Below the pieces are notes generated by a model that worked only from the letters and a program-made list of their open reading frames with translations, did no database searches and was not told where the DNA came from. Of a stretch of 64,000 bases of DNA, positions 20,533 through 30,080 are shown in pieces. Position numbers and translations under genes: made by a program. Source of the DNA: Acidobacteriota bacterium (GTDB lineage Bacteria > Acidobacteriota > UBA6911 > RPQK01 > JAJDTT01); contig OZ242374.1 of the NCBI GenBank assembly GCA_965209055.1, positions 2,112,001-2,176,000 of the forward strand, read 5' to 3'. Each line of letters opens with the position of its first letter. Position 1 is the first letter of the stretch.

Positions 20533-22947
20533 TCAGTCTGACGCCGGCGCCACCGTGACCGAAACGGGCAGAGTCGTGTAGTCGGCCGATTCCGCCTTGG
20601 CGCCGCTCCTCCGCCTGCGGACGGCCTCGCTCTTGACCCGCCCCACGGCCAGGAGCGGGAAGGTCATGGGCTCGACCCAGGGATCCGCTCTCAGCTTCAG
20701 GGTCCGGCTTGTCTCGTCCTTCGAGATTACGATTCCGTTGGAACCGCTGTCCTCGACCCAGATTCCGGCCGGCCGGTTCTGGAGGATGAAGGGCACGTCC
20801 AATCGGAAACCGTGATTCCGTTGGATGTGAATCGTCAACCGGACGTTCTCGCCGGGCCGGATCACCGGATCGGGCGGTTCGATCCGGGGAACGATGGGAG
20901 GGCTGGGCGCCAGCGACACCAGGTTCAGCGGCTCTGCGGGGTCGGCGGCGACTCTGCTGACGGTGCGCTCCCCGATGGCGGCTTCCCCCACTACCCGGAG
21001 GTGCACCGGCTCTTCCGGCTCCCGGGCGGTTTCCACGGCCGAGAGAACCAATGTGGTGACCAACTCCTGTGGCCGGATCAGTCCCCGGGTGGCGTGAAAT
21101 CCCGGGGGCAGACCCTCTACCCGGACCCGAACAGGTCCCTCGAACCCCTCCATGCGGGCGGCGGAAACGGTCAGGGGCACGCTTCCTCCCCGGGGGACGT
21201 TGGGGTTTCTGGCGCCGGTGGCCCTCCCGTCCACATAGAGCAGGAATCCGTCGTCCAGAAAGAGCCGGAAGTCCGGCTCGGCCGGCCGGATGGTGAGTCG
21301 GTACGCATGCCGGGGTCCTCCGGCGCCCCCCAGTCCGCTCAAGTGAGCCAGGTAGGTTCCGTCTTCGGGAGGCCGGAACAGGAGGTAGGAGTCCTTCCCC
21401 CTCAGGGGGCCCCCGTCGTCGTTCCGGTAGGGGAGGGTCACGGCGGGATAGAGCTCCTCGTTCACCGGAGTGCCGGGGTCCCGCACCAGGACCTTGTGGA
21501 CGCTTCCGTTGACGGGGTGGTTCTGAGGGTCCGTCCCCAGCCAACTGATCCGCTTTCCCAGGATGCCCTGGGCCACCGAAAAGTGGTCCGCCCGGCGAAT
21601 GGAGCGCTCCAGCCGGATCAACTCCCGCCCGTCCAGGAAAACGAAATCCAGCGGGTAGTAGCGGGTGTCGTCCTTCAGTCCGAAGCGGTTCAGCAAGAGG
21701 GCGCCCGCGCCGAACTTGCTGTCGTGAAAGTCCTCGGACAACACTTCCAGGACGGCTCCGGCAACCGGCACTCCCTCCCTGTCCAGCACTTGCAGAACCG
21801 AGTCCAGAGGAGACAAGAGGCGGCGGGCCCGGACTTCCAGAACCAGGGTCTCGCCCCGGCGAGCCGGGAAAGAGAACAGGTCCCCGTCCCCGGGAACGCC
21901 GGTGCGGCCGTTCACCGTCACCGGAACCGGCACGATCTGGGCCGTTTCGGGTGCGTCGTTGGGTTCCTTCTCCCGGACCTCGGGGTTGTCCCCCAGGGCG
22001 AGAGGCAGGGTGTTGAGCGTCGGTCCCTGAGGGGTCCGGAGCCGGAGCTGGTGAGTGTCCTTCCCTGAATTCGGAGGGAGGTCTTCCCAGCGGATGGTTC
22101 TCCGGGTCCCCAGGTTGTATCCGGTGACGGCCGGTTCGTCCCGGCTCCCCCGCCTCAAACCCAAGGGGAAAACACCCGTCAGGAAGGGGAGCTCGCCCGC
22201 GGTCAGGCGATAGGCGAAGGTGCGGCCTCCCCGACCCGCCCGGTCGGAGATGCGAATCCGGTATTCGCCGTCCCGAGGGCAAGTGTAGGCCAACACCGAG
22301 TCGACGCTTCCGGGGAAGAAGTTGTCGTTTCGAGCCAGGAGCCGCCCCTCGCCGTCCATCAGCTCCAGCACCGAGTCCAGCCGCGATCCCAGGGAGGACG
22401 CTTCCACCCGGAAAACCAGTTCCTGCCCCGACTCGCCGCGAAACCGGAAGAGGTCTCCCCGGGTTCCCCGGTCGAGCCGCCCCTCGACGGTGACGGGAAG
22501 CGTGATCTCCCGGCCGCCGGCAGGTTTCTCCTCCGGCTTCATGGCTTCGATTTGGGGCAGCCCTCCCAGGGCGAAGCGCACCCAGTTGCTGGTGCCGTAA
22601 CGGGTCTGCACCCGGAATCCATGGCTTCCGATTTCCGCCTGGGGATCCACGTCCAAGCGAATCCGGACCCGTTGCCGGGGGGTTCGATAGGGAGGATTGG
22701 GAGCCGGTTCGATTTCCGTGACTGAGGCGTCAACCCCCTCTCGGCTGAAGATGAGGCGAGGCGAATCCTCCAGGTTGATCCCCTCCACGGTGATCCAGGT
22801 GGAGGCGCCGGCCTGCGCCCCCAGGGGGCTGACCCGGTAGACGATGGGGGAGGGGGAGAACTCCAGCCCGGCGGCGCGTTCTCCGGCCGGGAACCCCGGA
22901 ATCTGGAGCAGGAGACTGAGTGTCAGGCAACCGGCGTGAGTCCGCAT
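20533..22947 (-). CDS. PPC (pre-peptidase C-terminal) domain repeat protein, planctomycete type
   Basis: GSRLDSVLEL, EKEPND..ETAQ, PVTVNGR...GDGDLF; coupled to the DUF1549 gene. Confidence 0.8.
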   Translation of the reverse strand: MRTHAGCLTLSLLLQIPGFPAGERAAGLEFSPSPIVYRVSPLGAQAGASTWITVEGINLEDSPRLIFSREGVDASVTEIEPAPNPPYRTPRQRVRIRLDVDPQAEIGSHGFRVQTRYGTSNWVRFALGGLPQIEAMKPEEKPAGGREITLPVTVEGRLDRGTRGDLFRFRGESGQELVFRVEASSLGSRLDSVLELMDGEGRLLARNDNFFPGSVDSVLAYTCPRDGEYRIRISDRAGRGGRTFAYRLTAGELPFLTGVFPLGLRRGSRDEPAVTGYNLGTRRTIRWEDLPPNSGKDTHQLRLRTPQGPTLNTLPLALGDNPEVREKEPNDAPETAQIVPVPVTVNGRTGVPGDGDLFSFPARRGETLVLEVRARRLLSPLDSVLQVLDREGVPVAGAVLEVLSEDFHDSKFGAGALLLNRFGLKDDTRYYPLDFVFLDGRELIRLERSIRRADHFSVAQGILGKRISWLGTDPQNHPVNGSVHKVLVRDPGTPVNEELYPAVTLPYRNDDGGPLRGKDSYLLFRPPEDGTYLAHLSGLGGAGGPRHAYRLTIRPAEPDFRLFLDDGFLLYVDGRATGARNPNVPRGGSVPLTVSAARMEGFEGPVRVRVEGLPPGFHATRGLIRPQELVTTLVLSAVETAREPEEPVHLRVVGEAAIGERTVSRVAADPAEPLNLVSLAPSPPIVPRIEPPDPVIRPGENVRLTIHIQRNHGFRLDVPFILQNRPAGIWVEDSGSNGIVISKDETSRTLKLRADPWVEPMTFPLLAVGRVKSEAVRRRRSGAKAESADYTTLPVSVTVAPASD

Positions 22948-25388
22948 CAGTGGTTGAAGAGAAACTCCTTGCTGGTGAGAACTCCGTGGGCCAGATCCGC
23001 CAGTCCGTTCCGCTCGGCGTCCATGATCTCGCCGCTGGAGGATGGGGAAGGAGCGGGACCCAGGGTTTCCAGCAGCTCTCTCATCTCCTCATCGGTCGGA
23101 GGGCGGCTGAGAGCGGCCCAATACAGGTTCCGGATCACCTCCTGCCGGGACCGTCCTTCAGCCAGGGACCGGCTCAGAAACCCCGATTCGGACTGAAGCT
23201 TCCGGTGCAGCCCTTCCCCGTGGATCAGGTGAAGCGCCTGGTTGACCGTAGGCTCCTTGACCCGCTCGGCATGGGCGTTGATCTCCCGTGCCGGGCGGCC
23301 GAAGGTGGAGAGAAAGTTGGAGGCCACCCGGGTGTCCGGGAGCTGAAGGGCCCGGGTGCCGGAGGGGAATCCGGGGAAGCGCTCCGGGACGCCCGTCACT
23401 TGGCAGATCATGTCCAGGATCACCTCCGCGGGCAACCGGCGGACACCGAAGCGCGAGTGGTATTTCTCCGCCAGTTCGGGCGAACCGGCGCCTCCGGCGC
23501 TGGCCTGGTAGGTCGCCGAGTTCATGATGGTCCGGATCAGGTGGCGGAGGTCGAAGCCGTGTTCCGTAAAGTCCCGGACCAGCGCGTCCATCAGGTCTTC
23601 GTTGGATGCGGGGTTGGTCTGCCTGAGGTCGTCCACCGGTTCCACGAGCCCCCGACCCAGAAAGTGGTGCCAGAGCCGGTTCACGGTGGCTCGCAGGAAG
23701 TAGCGGTTCTCCGGCGAGGTCAGCCAGGCGGCGAAATGTTGGCGCCGGCTGCCGGAGGCGTTCTCGGCGATGGGGTCTCCCTCCAGAGGACGTGGCGGGA
23801 GAGGGTCTTGCCGTCCCGGGAAGGGGACTTCGCCGCTGCGGCTCTCGAAGATGATCACGTCTCCCCGGTCTCCCGGTTTGCGCCCCACCCGGGCGAAGAA
23901 GCTGGAGAGCCCGTAATAGTCCTCCTGCGTCCACTTGTCCAGAGGGTGATTGTGGCAGCGGGCGCAGGCCACGGAGATCCCCAGGAATGTGTGGGTGATG
24001 TTTTCCGTCGCCTTGGTGGCCTCGTCGTGCATCACCCAGTAGTTGGCGGCCCCGTTGCTGGTGTTGCTCCCCGCGGCCGTGACGATCTCCCGGACGAAGC
24101 GGTCCCAGGGCTTGTTCTCGGCCACGCTCCGGCGAATCCAGTCGTAGAAGATCCGGTGGGACGGGGATTTCAGCTTGCTGCGGGAGACCAGGAGCAGGTC
24201 GCACCACTTGTAGGTCCAGTAGTCCACGAACTCTGGCCGCTCCAACAGCGAATCGACCAGCCTGACCCTCTTGTCCGGGTTCGTGTCCTCGACGAACCGC
24301 CGGGCCTCCCCGGCGCTGGGCAGGACTCCGGCGGCGTCCAGGTAGGCCCGGCGGACGAAATGGTGATCGTTGGAGAGCCGGTAGGGGGGCAATCCCAGGT
24401 CTTCCAATTTTTTCAGGACCAGATCGTCGATCCGGTTGTGGCGGGGAGCCCGGGCGTAGGCTTCGGGAGCGTGCCCGTCCGTCATTGGAATGGTGACCCG
24501 GGCCGACGCCACCTGATCCAGGCACCAGACGGAGATGTGGGTCTCTCCCTGGCCCAAGGCTCGGGCCCGTCCCGTCTCGTCCACGCTGAGGATGCCCGAA
24601 TCGGTGGAGGAGAACTTGGCCCAGTGGGTCACGTCCTCCCGCGACCCGTCATCGAACACGGCCTGAACCAGGACTCCGTGCTGTTGACCGGGCTGGAGGC
24701 GAAGGTGCGAAGGGATCACCCGGAGGCTCGCGACCCGGCGGTCCGTCGGCCGCGGGGGTGCGGCGCCCGTGGCGATCCACTCCGACAGCACCTGGTAATT
24801 GCGGGACGGCACCGTCAAACGCCGGCCTCCACCGTGGGGAACCGCCAGGGTGGGCTTCAGGAGCACGAGGCTCCGGGCGGGTTCCAAGGTCAGGACTCGC
24901 CGGCCCGCTCCCTCCCGGGTGAGAGCCGCGTGGTCCGCTTCGGGAGCATAGCCCCTCAGGCTCAGCTTCAGGTAGTTCTGTCCCGAGGCCGCCCCGTGGC
25001 AGGGACCGGAATTGCATCCGGCCTTGGTCAGAGCCGGCAGCACGTGGTTTCGAAAGCTCCACCGAACGGGTTTCGCGGACCCCAGAACCCGGATGCGGGC
25101 GCTCGCCTTCCTGCCGTCCGGGAGATGGGCCAAGAGGGTGGTGCTTCCGTCCGAGACCACCGCGATGGTGGAGGTTTCCTCCACCGCCGCCACCTTTGGA
25201 TCGGAGACGGCGAAACGCGCTTCGTCCGTCCAGTCCCGGACCGACCCTCCACCCCCCGCCGGCTCCACCACCAGCAACCGTTGGGTGGTCCTGGGTCCCG
25301 AGAGGACGATCTCCTCCGGAAGCAGCTTGAGAGCCTCGGGATCGGCTTGAAGAAGCGCCCCCGCCAGGAGACAGGAAATCCAGGTCAT
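22947..25388 (-). CDS. DUF1549/DUF1553 protein with Ig-like domains
   Basis: SFRNHVLPALTKAGCNSGPCHG, RRAYLD..GVLP, FLGISVACARCHNHP, VNRLWHHFLGRGLVEPVDD, SKEFLFNH. Confidence 0.9.
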   Translation of the reverse strand: MTWISCLLAGALLQADPEALKLLPEEIVLSGPRTTQRLLVVEPAGGGGSVRDWTDEARFAVSDPKVAAVEETSTIAVVSDGSTTLLAHLPDGRKASARIRVLGSAKPVRWSFRNHVLPALTKAGCNSGPCHGAASGQNYLKLSLRGYAPEADHAALTREGAGRRVLTLEPARSLVLLKPTLAVPHGGGRRLTVPSRNYQVLSEWIATGAAPPRPTDRRVASLRVIPSHLRLQPGQQHGVLVQAVFDDGSREDVTHWAKFSSTDSGILSVDETGRARALGQGETHISVWCLDQVASARVTIPMTDGHAPEAYARAPRHNRIDDLVLKKLEDLGLPPYRLSNDHHFVRRAYLDAAGVLPSAGEARRFVEDTNPDKRVRLVDSLLERPEFVDYWTYKWCDLLLVSRSKLKSPSHRIFYDWIRRSVAENKPWDRFVREIVTAAGSNTSNGAANYWVMHDEATKATENITHTFLGISVACARCHNHPLDKWTQEDYYGLSSFFARVGRKPGDRGDVIIFESRSGEVPFPGRQDPLPPRPLEGDPIAENASGSRRQHFAAWLTSPENRYFLRATVNRLWHHFLGRGLVEPVDDLRQTNPASNEDLMDALVRDFTEHGFDLRHLIRTIMNSATYQASAGGAGSPELAEKYHSRFGVRRLPAEVILDMICQVTGVPERFPGFPSGTRALQLPDTRVASNFLSTFGRPAREINAHAERVKEPTVNQALHLIHGEGLHRKLQSESGFLSRSLAEGRSRQEVIRNLYWAALSRPPTDEEMRELLETLGPAPSPSSSGEIMDAERNGLADLAHGVLTSKEFLFNH

Positions 25389-26749
25389 CAGCCGCCGAAG
25401 AGCTCGTGAATCGGCTCCACGCCGATGTCGACGATGGGGATGGGCCGGCTCTGGGGACCGGGCAACTCGGTATGGAGGTCGATTCCCAGCGACTTGTAGA
25501 TGGTGGCCAGGACCTCCTGGGGTCCCACGGGCCGGTCGCGCGGTTCCGCCGCGATTCGATCCGAAGAACCCACCACCTGTCCGCCCTGAATTCCTCCTCC
25601 CGCCAGGATGATGGTGGAGACCGAGGGCCAGTGGTCCCGTCCCCCGGCCGGGTTGATCTTGGGGGTCCGTCCGAATTCTCCCATGGCCACCACCAGCGTC
25701 TGCTCCAGCAGGCCCCGGTCGTGGAGATCTTCGATCAGGGATGAGTAGGCGTTGTCGAACATGGGCCCCAGCTTGTCCAACTCGGTGATGGGACTGAACG
25801 GGGACGAGCCGTGAACGTCCCAGGAGACGCCGCCGCCGAAGTCGTCGAACATGTTGATGGTCACGAAGCGGACTCCCGCCTCCACCAGGCGCCGCGCCAG
25901 GAGGCAGCTCTGGCCGAACCGGTTCCGCCCGTAGCGGTCCCGCAACTGGTCTTCCTCCGACTTCAGGTCGAACGCCTCCCTGGCCCGGGCCGATGAGACG
26001 ATGCTGTAGGCCTGGTGATAAGCGGAGTCCAGGAGCCGCGTGCTGGTGCTCCCTTCCTCGAAGTTCCGGAAAGCGCGGTCGACCACGTTCCGAAACGACC
26101 GGGCGCGTTCCACCCGGATGGCGGAGACATACTCCGGCGGAACCAAATCCTGAATCCGGAAATCGTCCCGGGAGGGATCCGAGTGGATCAGGAAGGGATC
26201 GTGGGTCTTGCCCAGAAAACCGGCGGACTGTCCCTTGCGGGACGTCAGCGGGATGGGGAGGACCAGGTGGGGAGGCAACTCGGAATCGGCGCCCTTCAGA
26301 AAACCGGTGGCGGAGCCCAGATTGGGGTAGACGATTCCGGGAGAGAAGGCCTGGCCCGTCTGCACCAGGTAGTGGGCCAGGGGATGGGCGGGGACATTGT
26401 GGTGAAAGGACCGCACCAGGGCGTAGCGGTCCGCATGCCGGGCCATGCGGGGGAAGATCTCCGAGATCCGAATCCCCGGGACGTTGGTGGGGATGGGCCG
26501 GTAGGGCCCGCGGATCTCGGAGGGCGCCTCCGGCTTCATGTCCCAGGTGTCCATCTGGGAGGGGCCGCCCACCAGGAAGAGAAAGATGCAGTTGACGTCG
26601 CGGCTCTTGTCCACGGCGCCCCGGGCCTCGAGCCCGCAGAGGTCGGCGAGGCTCAGGCCCAGGCAGGACAGGGCTCCCGCATGAAGGAAGTCCCGTCGAT
26701 TCAGACCGTCACAGAAGGGGACCGCGCGCGGGGTGTCCAAGCGAAACAT
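25388..26749 (-). CDS. DUF1501 domain protein
   Basis: NRRDFL, LFLVGGPSQMDTWDMKP, CLLARRLVEAGVRFV, WDVH, GEFGRTP, GRDHW. Confidence 0.92.
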   Translation of the reverse strand: MFRLDTPRAVPFCDGLNRRDFLHAGALSCLGLSLADLCGLEARGAVDKSRDVNCIFLFLVGGPSQMDTWDMKPEAPSEIRGPYRPIPTNVPGIRISEIFPRMARHADRYALVRSFHHNVPAHPLAHYLVQTGQAFSPGIVYPNLGSATGFLKGADSELPPHLVLPIPLTSRKGQSAGFLGKTHDPFLIHSDPSRDDFRIQDLVPPEYVSAIRVERARSFRNVVDRAFRNFEEGSTSTRLLDSAYHQAYSIVSSARAREAFDLKSEEDQLRDRYGRNRFGQSCLLARRLVEAGVRFVTINMFDDFGGGVSWDVHGSSPFSPITELDKLGPMFDNAYSSLIEDLHDRGLLEQTLVVAMGEFGRTPKINPAGGRDHWPSVSTIILAGGGIQGGQVVGSSDRIAAEPRDRPVGPQEVLATIYKSLGIDLHTELPGPQSRPIPIVDIGVEPIHELFGG

Positions 26750-26788
26750 TTCTTAATTCAACAATTTAGCAGTGCCTGAAAGCGGGAG

Positions 26789-28678
26789 TCAATTGCCCCC
26801 GCCGGGGTCCAAAGGCTCCATGACCCCCAGCTTCAGATGGGTGGAGTGCCGGGCCGAGCGGTAGACCCGGTGGGTCGCCCGGATGAAGTCCTCGGCTCTG
26901 GCCTTGAATATGTTGGGAACGTACTTCTGAGGGTTCCGGTCCACGAGAGGGAACCAACTGCTCTGGATCTGGACCATGACCCGATGGCCCGCCTTGAAGG
27001 TGTGGAAGACATCCTGCAGGGGAAGCCGCACCCGGGTCGGACGGCCCGGCTCGAAGGGCTCCGGGTGCTCGTAGGAATTCCGAAAACGTCCGCGGATCAC
27101 CTCGCTCCGGATCATCATCTGGTAGCCCCCCATCCGAACCCGCCTGGGGTTGGGATCGTTGTCGGGGGCCGAGTCGGGAAGAACGTCGATGAGCTTCACC
27201 ACCCAGTCGGCGTCGCCGGCCGTGGTGGAGACCCAGAGTTCCGCCTCCAACGGTCCGGCGACGGTCAGGTCCCGCTCCAGGACCGGGGTCTGATAGGCCA
27301 GCACGTCGGGACGCCGCGCCGCGAACCTCTGGTCGTCGGTCATGTATTCCCGGGTCATTCGGGGCGAGATGTCCTGGCTAAAGGGGACCGGTTTGGCCGG
27401 GTCGCTCACGTATTCGTCAAAACCCTCCTCGCCGGTTTCGGGAGGCTGGGGAGAAAGATCCCCCTGAGCCCGGAGGTAGAGGCGGTACGGCTGCAGCGAG
27501 GGGGGAGGCCAGGAATCGAAGGTCCGCCACCGGTTGGCGCCGGTCTCGAAGACGTAGGCTTCGGGGAGGTCCGCCTTGCCCGCCTGCTTCAGGTGGTGGC
27601 GGAAGAAGGGACGGATGATCCGCTTCCGGTAGAATTCGGAGGTGTCGAAGCCGAAGCGGGCGTTGCCCAGTCCCGTTCCCGGCCGTCTCCCCCAGTCGCC
27701 GTGTGCCCACGGACCCATGACCAGGACGTTGGAGATTTCGGGATTGTTCCGCTCCACGGAACGGTAGATTTCCAGCGGACCGTAAAGGTCCTCGGCGTCG
27801 AACCAGCCCCCCACGGTCATCACGGCGCAACGAACGTTCTTGAGATGCCGGACGATCCCGCGTTTGCTCCAGAAGGCGTCGTAGCGGGGGTGCTCCATCA
27901 TCTGGTTCCAGAACTCGATCTCTCCCTTCAGGTGGACCCGGTTGATGTTCGTCAGGGGGCCCAGGTCCAGAAAAAACTGGTATCCGTCCGGCGTTCCGTA
28001 TTTGAAGGGGACCAACGGTTCGGTGGTGGGCTGGGGCCGGGGTTTGGCGTGCCGGGCGAAAAAACTGAAGGCATGGGCCAGGAAGAAGGCGCCGTGATGG
28101 TGGAAGTCGTCGAAATAGAAGTCGCCAATGGGGGCCTGCGGAGACGCCGCCTTCAAGGCCGGGTGGGTGTCGATCATTCCTGCCGCCGTGTAGAAACCGG
28201 GGTACGAGATGCCCCACTGGCCCACCCGTCCGTTGTGTCCCGGCAGGTGGGTGACGAGCCATTCGATGGTGTCGTAGGTGTCGGTGCTCTCGTCGATGTC
28301 CTGAGGAGTGCTTTTCTCAGGCAGATGGGGAGTCAATTGGACGAAGTCCCCTTCCGACATGTACCGGCCCCGGACGTCCTGGTAGACGAAGATGTATCCG
28401 TCCCGGGCGAATTGGGGCGTGGGGCCCAGGGAGGACCGGTAGCGGTCCGCCCCGTAGGGCCGGGAACTGTACGGTGTCCGGTAGAGCAGGATCGGATAGG
28501 TCCGGGAGCGGTCGTTGGGCGCGTACACCGCGGTGAAGAGCCGGACTCCGTCGCGCATGGGAATCCGGTACTCGAACTTGTTGTAGTTGGCTCGAACGTA
28601 CTCCTTCTGGTCCGGCTGTTGGCCGGAGAGGGGGAGAAGGGTCCAAATGAGGGGGACCAACAGGATCGTTTTCTTCAT
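26789..28678 (-). CDS. CocE/NonD-family hydrolase (alpha-amino acid ester hydrolase-like)
   Basis: IPMRDGVRL, RTPY, QDVRGRYMSEG, nucleophile WGISYPG, MGPWAHG; signal peptide MKKTILL. Confidence 0.92.
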   Translation of the reverse strand: MKKTILLVPLIWTLLPLSGQQPDQKEYVRANYNKFEYRIPMRDGVRLFTAVYAPNDRSRTYPILLYRTPYSSRPYGADRYRSSLGPTPQFARDGYIFVYQDVRGRYMSEGDFVQLTPHLPEKSTPQDIDESTDTYDTIEWLVTHLPGHNGRVGQWGISYPGFYTAAGMIDTHPALKAASPQAPIGDFYFDDFHHHGAFFLAHAFSFFARHAKPRPQPTTEPLVPFKYGTPDGYQFFLDLGPLTNINRVHLKGEIEFWNQMMEHPRYDAFWSKRGIVRHLKNVRCAVMTVGGWFDAEDLYGPLEIYRSVERNNPEISNVLVMGPWAHGDWGRRPGTGLGNARFGFDTSEFYRKRIIRPFFRHHLKQAGKADLPEAYVFETGANRWRTFDSWPPPSLQPYRLYLRAQGDLSPQPPETGEEGFDEYVSDPAKPVPFSQDISPRMTREYMTDDQRFAARRPDVLAYQTPVLERDLTVAGPLEAELWVSTTAGDADWVVKLIDVLPDSAPDNDPNPRRVRMGGYQMMIRSEVIRGRFRNSYEHPEPFEPGRPTRVRLPLQDVFHTFKAGHRVMVQIQSSWFPLVDRNPQKYVPNIFKARAEDFIRATHRVYRSARHSTHLKLGVMEPLDPGGGN

Positions 28679-28713
28679 GGCATTACCTGCGTGTGTTGCA
28701 GTTACTATACAGT

Positions 28714-28843
28714 GAGCGGCGAGTTTCAATCGCGCGAAAAGGAGCGGTTTTCAACCGCCGAAAAGGAACGGCGGTTTCCAACCGCCGATCTTCATAACAC
28801 CCATAGACCAGGAAAGGAGCGGGCGACCGGAATTCGCCCCTCC
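28714..28843. repeat. Cluster of REP-like GGAG-hairpin repeats
   Basis: GAAAAGGA(G/ACGG)CGGTTT(T/C)CAACCGCC x2, a degenerate upstream copy, and GGAGCGGGCGA...TCGCCCCTCC. Confidence 0.65.
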
Positions 28844-28886
28844 TGAACTGTATTCGCGGCGACGTCGCTGCTATCCTGTTGCCCCC

Positions 28887-30068
28887 ATGTCTGACTCCGA
28901 GGTGCACCGTTCCGGTCGCCATTTCCTCCAGATTCCGGGTCCCACCAACGTTCCCGAGCGGGTCCTGCGCGCCATGTCCCGCGCCACCGAGGACCATCGG
29001 GGACCGGAGCTGGCGAGTCTGACGCTGCGGGTCCTGCGCCGTCTCCGGGACGTGTTCCGGACCCGCGGCCCGGTCATCCTCTACCCCTCCTCCGGGACCG
29101 GCGCCTGGGAAGCGGCCCTGGTGAACACGCTCTCCCCCGGGGAGCGCGTGCTGATGTTCGAGACCGGTCACTTCGCGGTCCTCTGGTCCCAACTGGCCGG
29201 CCGTCTGGGGCTGGAGGTCGAGCTGGTTCCGGGAGACTGGCGCCGCGGGGTCGACCCGGCCGAAGTCGAGTCCCGGTTGTCCCGGGACGCCTCCCACCGA
29301 ATTCGGGCCGTGGGGATGGTGCACAACGAGACCTCCACCGGGGTCACCAGCGACGTGGCGGCGATCCGTCAAGCCATGGACCGCGCGGGGCACCCGGCCC
29401 TGCTCCTGGTGGACACCATCTCCTCCCTGGGCTCCATCGACTACCGCCACGACGAGTGGGGGGTCGACGTGACCGTGGCCGCCTCCCAGAAGGGGCTGAT
29501 GCTGCCGCCCGGCCTGGGACTGAACGCCCTGAGCGAAAAGGCGCTGGCCGCCGCCGGGCAGGCCCGGTCGCCGCGGTCGTACTGGGACTGGGAGCCGGCA
29601 TTGAAGGAGAACGCCAAGGGGTTCTTCTCCTACACTCCCGCATCGAATCTTCTCTACGGGCTGGACGCGGCCCTGGACATGCTCCTGGAGGAGGGTCTGG
29701 AGAACGTCTTCGCCCGTCATTCCAGGTTGGCCGAGGCCACGCGGCGGGCGGTCCAGGGCTGGGGGCTGGAACTCCAGGCGCTCGACCCGGGCGAATACTC
29801 CGATTCTCTGACGGCGGTGCGGGTCCCCGGCGGTCACGACGCGGACCGGCTGCGGAAGCTGATCCTGGAGCGTTTCGACATGTCTCTGGGGACGGGACTG
29901 GGAAAGGTGAAGGGGCGGGTCTTCCGGATCGGACACCTGGGCGACTTCAACGAGTTGATGCTGGCCGGGACCCTCTGCGGCGTGGAGATGGGTCTGGATC
30001 TGGCGGGCGTCCCCCACCGCGCGGGCGGCGTCGGCGCGGCGCTGCAGTACCTGGCCCGAACCCCTTGA
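28887..30068 (+). CDS. Class V aminotransferase (serine/alanine-glyoxylate type)
   Basis: FLQIPGPTNVP, SSGTGAWEAAL, HNETSTG, VDTISS, ASQKG, FRIGHLG. Confidence 0.93.
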   Translation: MSDSEVHRSGRHFLQIPGPTNVPERVLRAMSRATEDHRGPELASLTLRVLRRLRDVFRTRGPVILYPSSGTGAWEAALVNTLSPGERVLMFETGHFAVLWSQLAGRLGLEVELVPGDWRRGVDPAEVESRLSRDASHRIRAVGMVHNETSTGVTSDVAAIRQAMDRAGHPALLLVDTISSLGSIDYRHDEWGVDVTVAASQKGLMLPPGLGLNALSEKALAAAGQARSPRSYWDWEPALKENAKGFFSYTPASNLLYGLDAALDMLLEEGLENVFARHSRLAEATRRAVQGWGLELQALDPGEYSDSLTAVRVPGGHDADRLRKLILERFDMSLGTGLGKVKGRVFRIGHLGDFNELMLAGTLCGVEMGLDLAGVPHRAGGVGAALQYLARTP

Positions 30069-30080
30069 GCGGATAAACCC

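Noticed and set aside
22920-25409. Very long antisense ORFs (also 26837-28846, 42756-44294, 54536-56926, 59549-62116)
   Set aside because: They mirror well-supported genes on the opposite strand, carry no motifs and are expected from high-GC codon bias.
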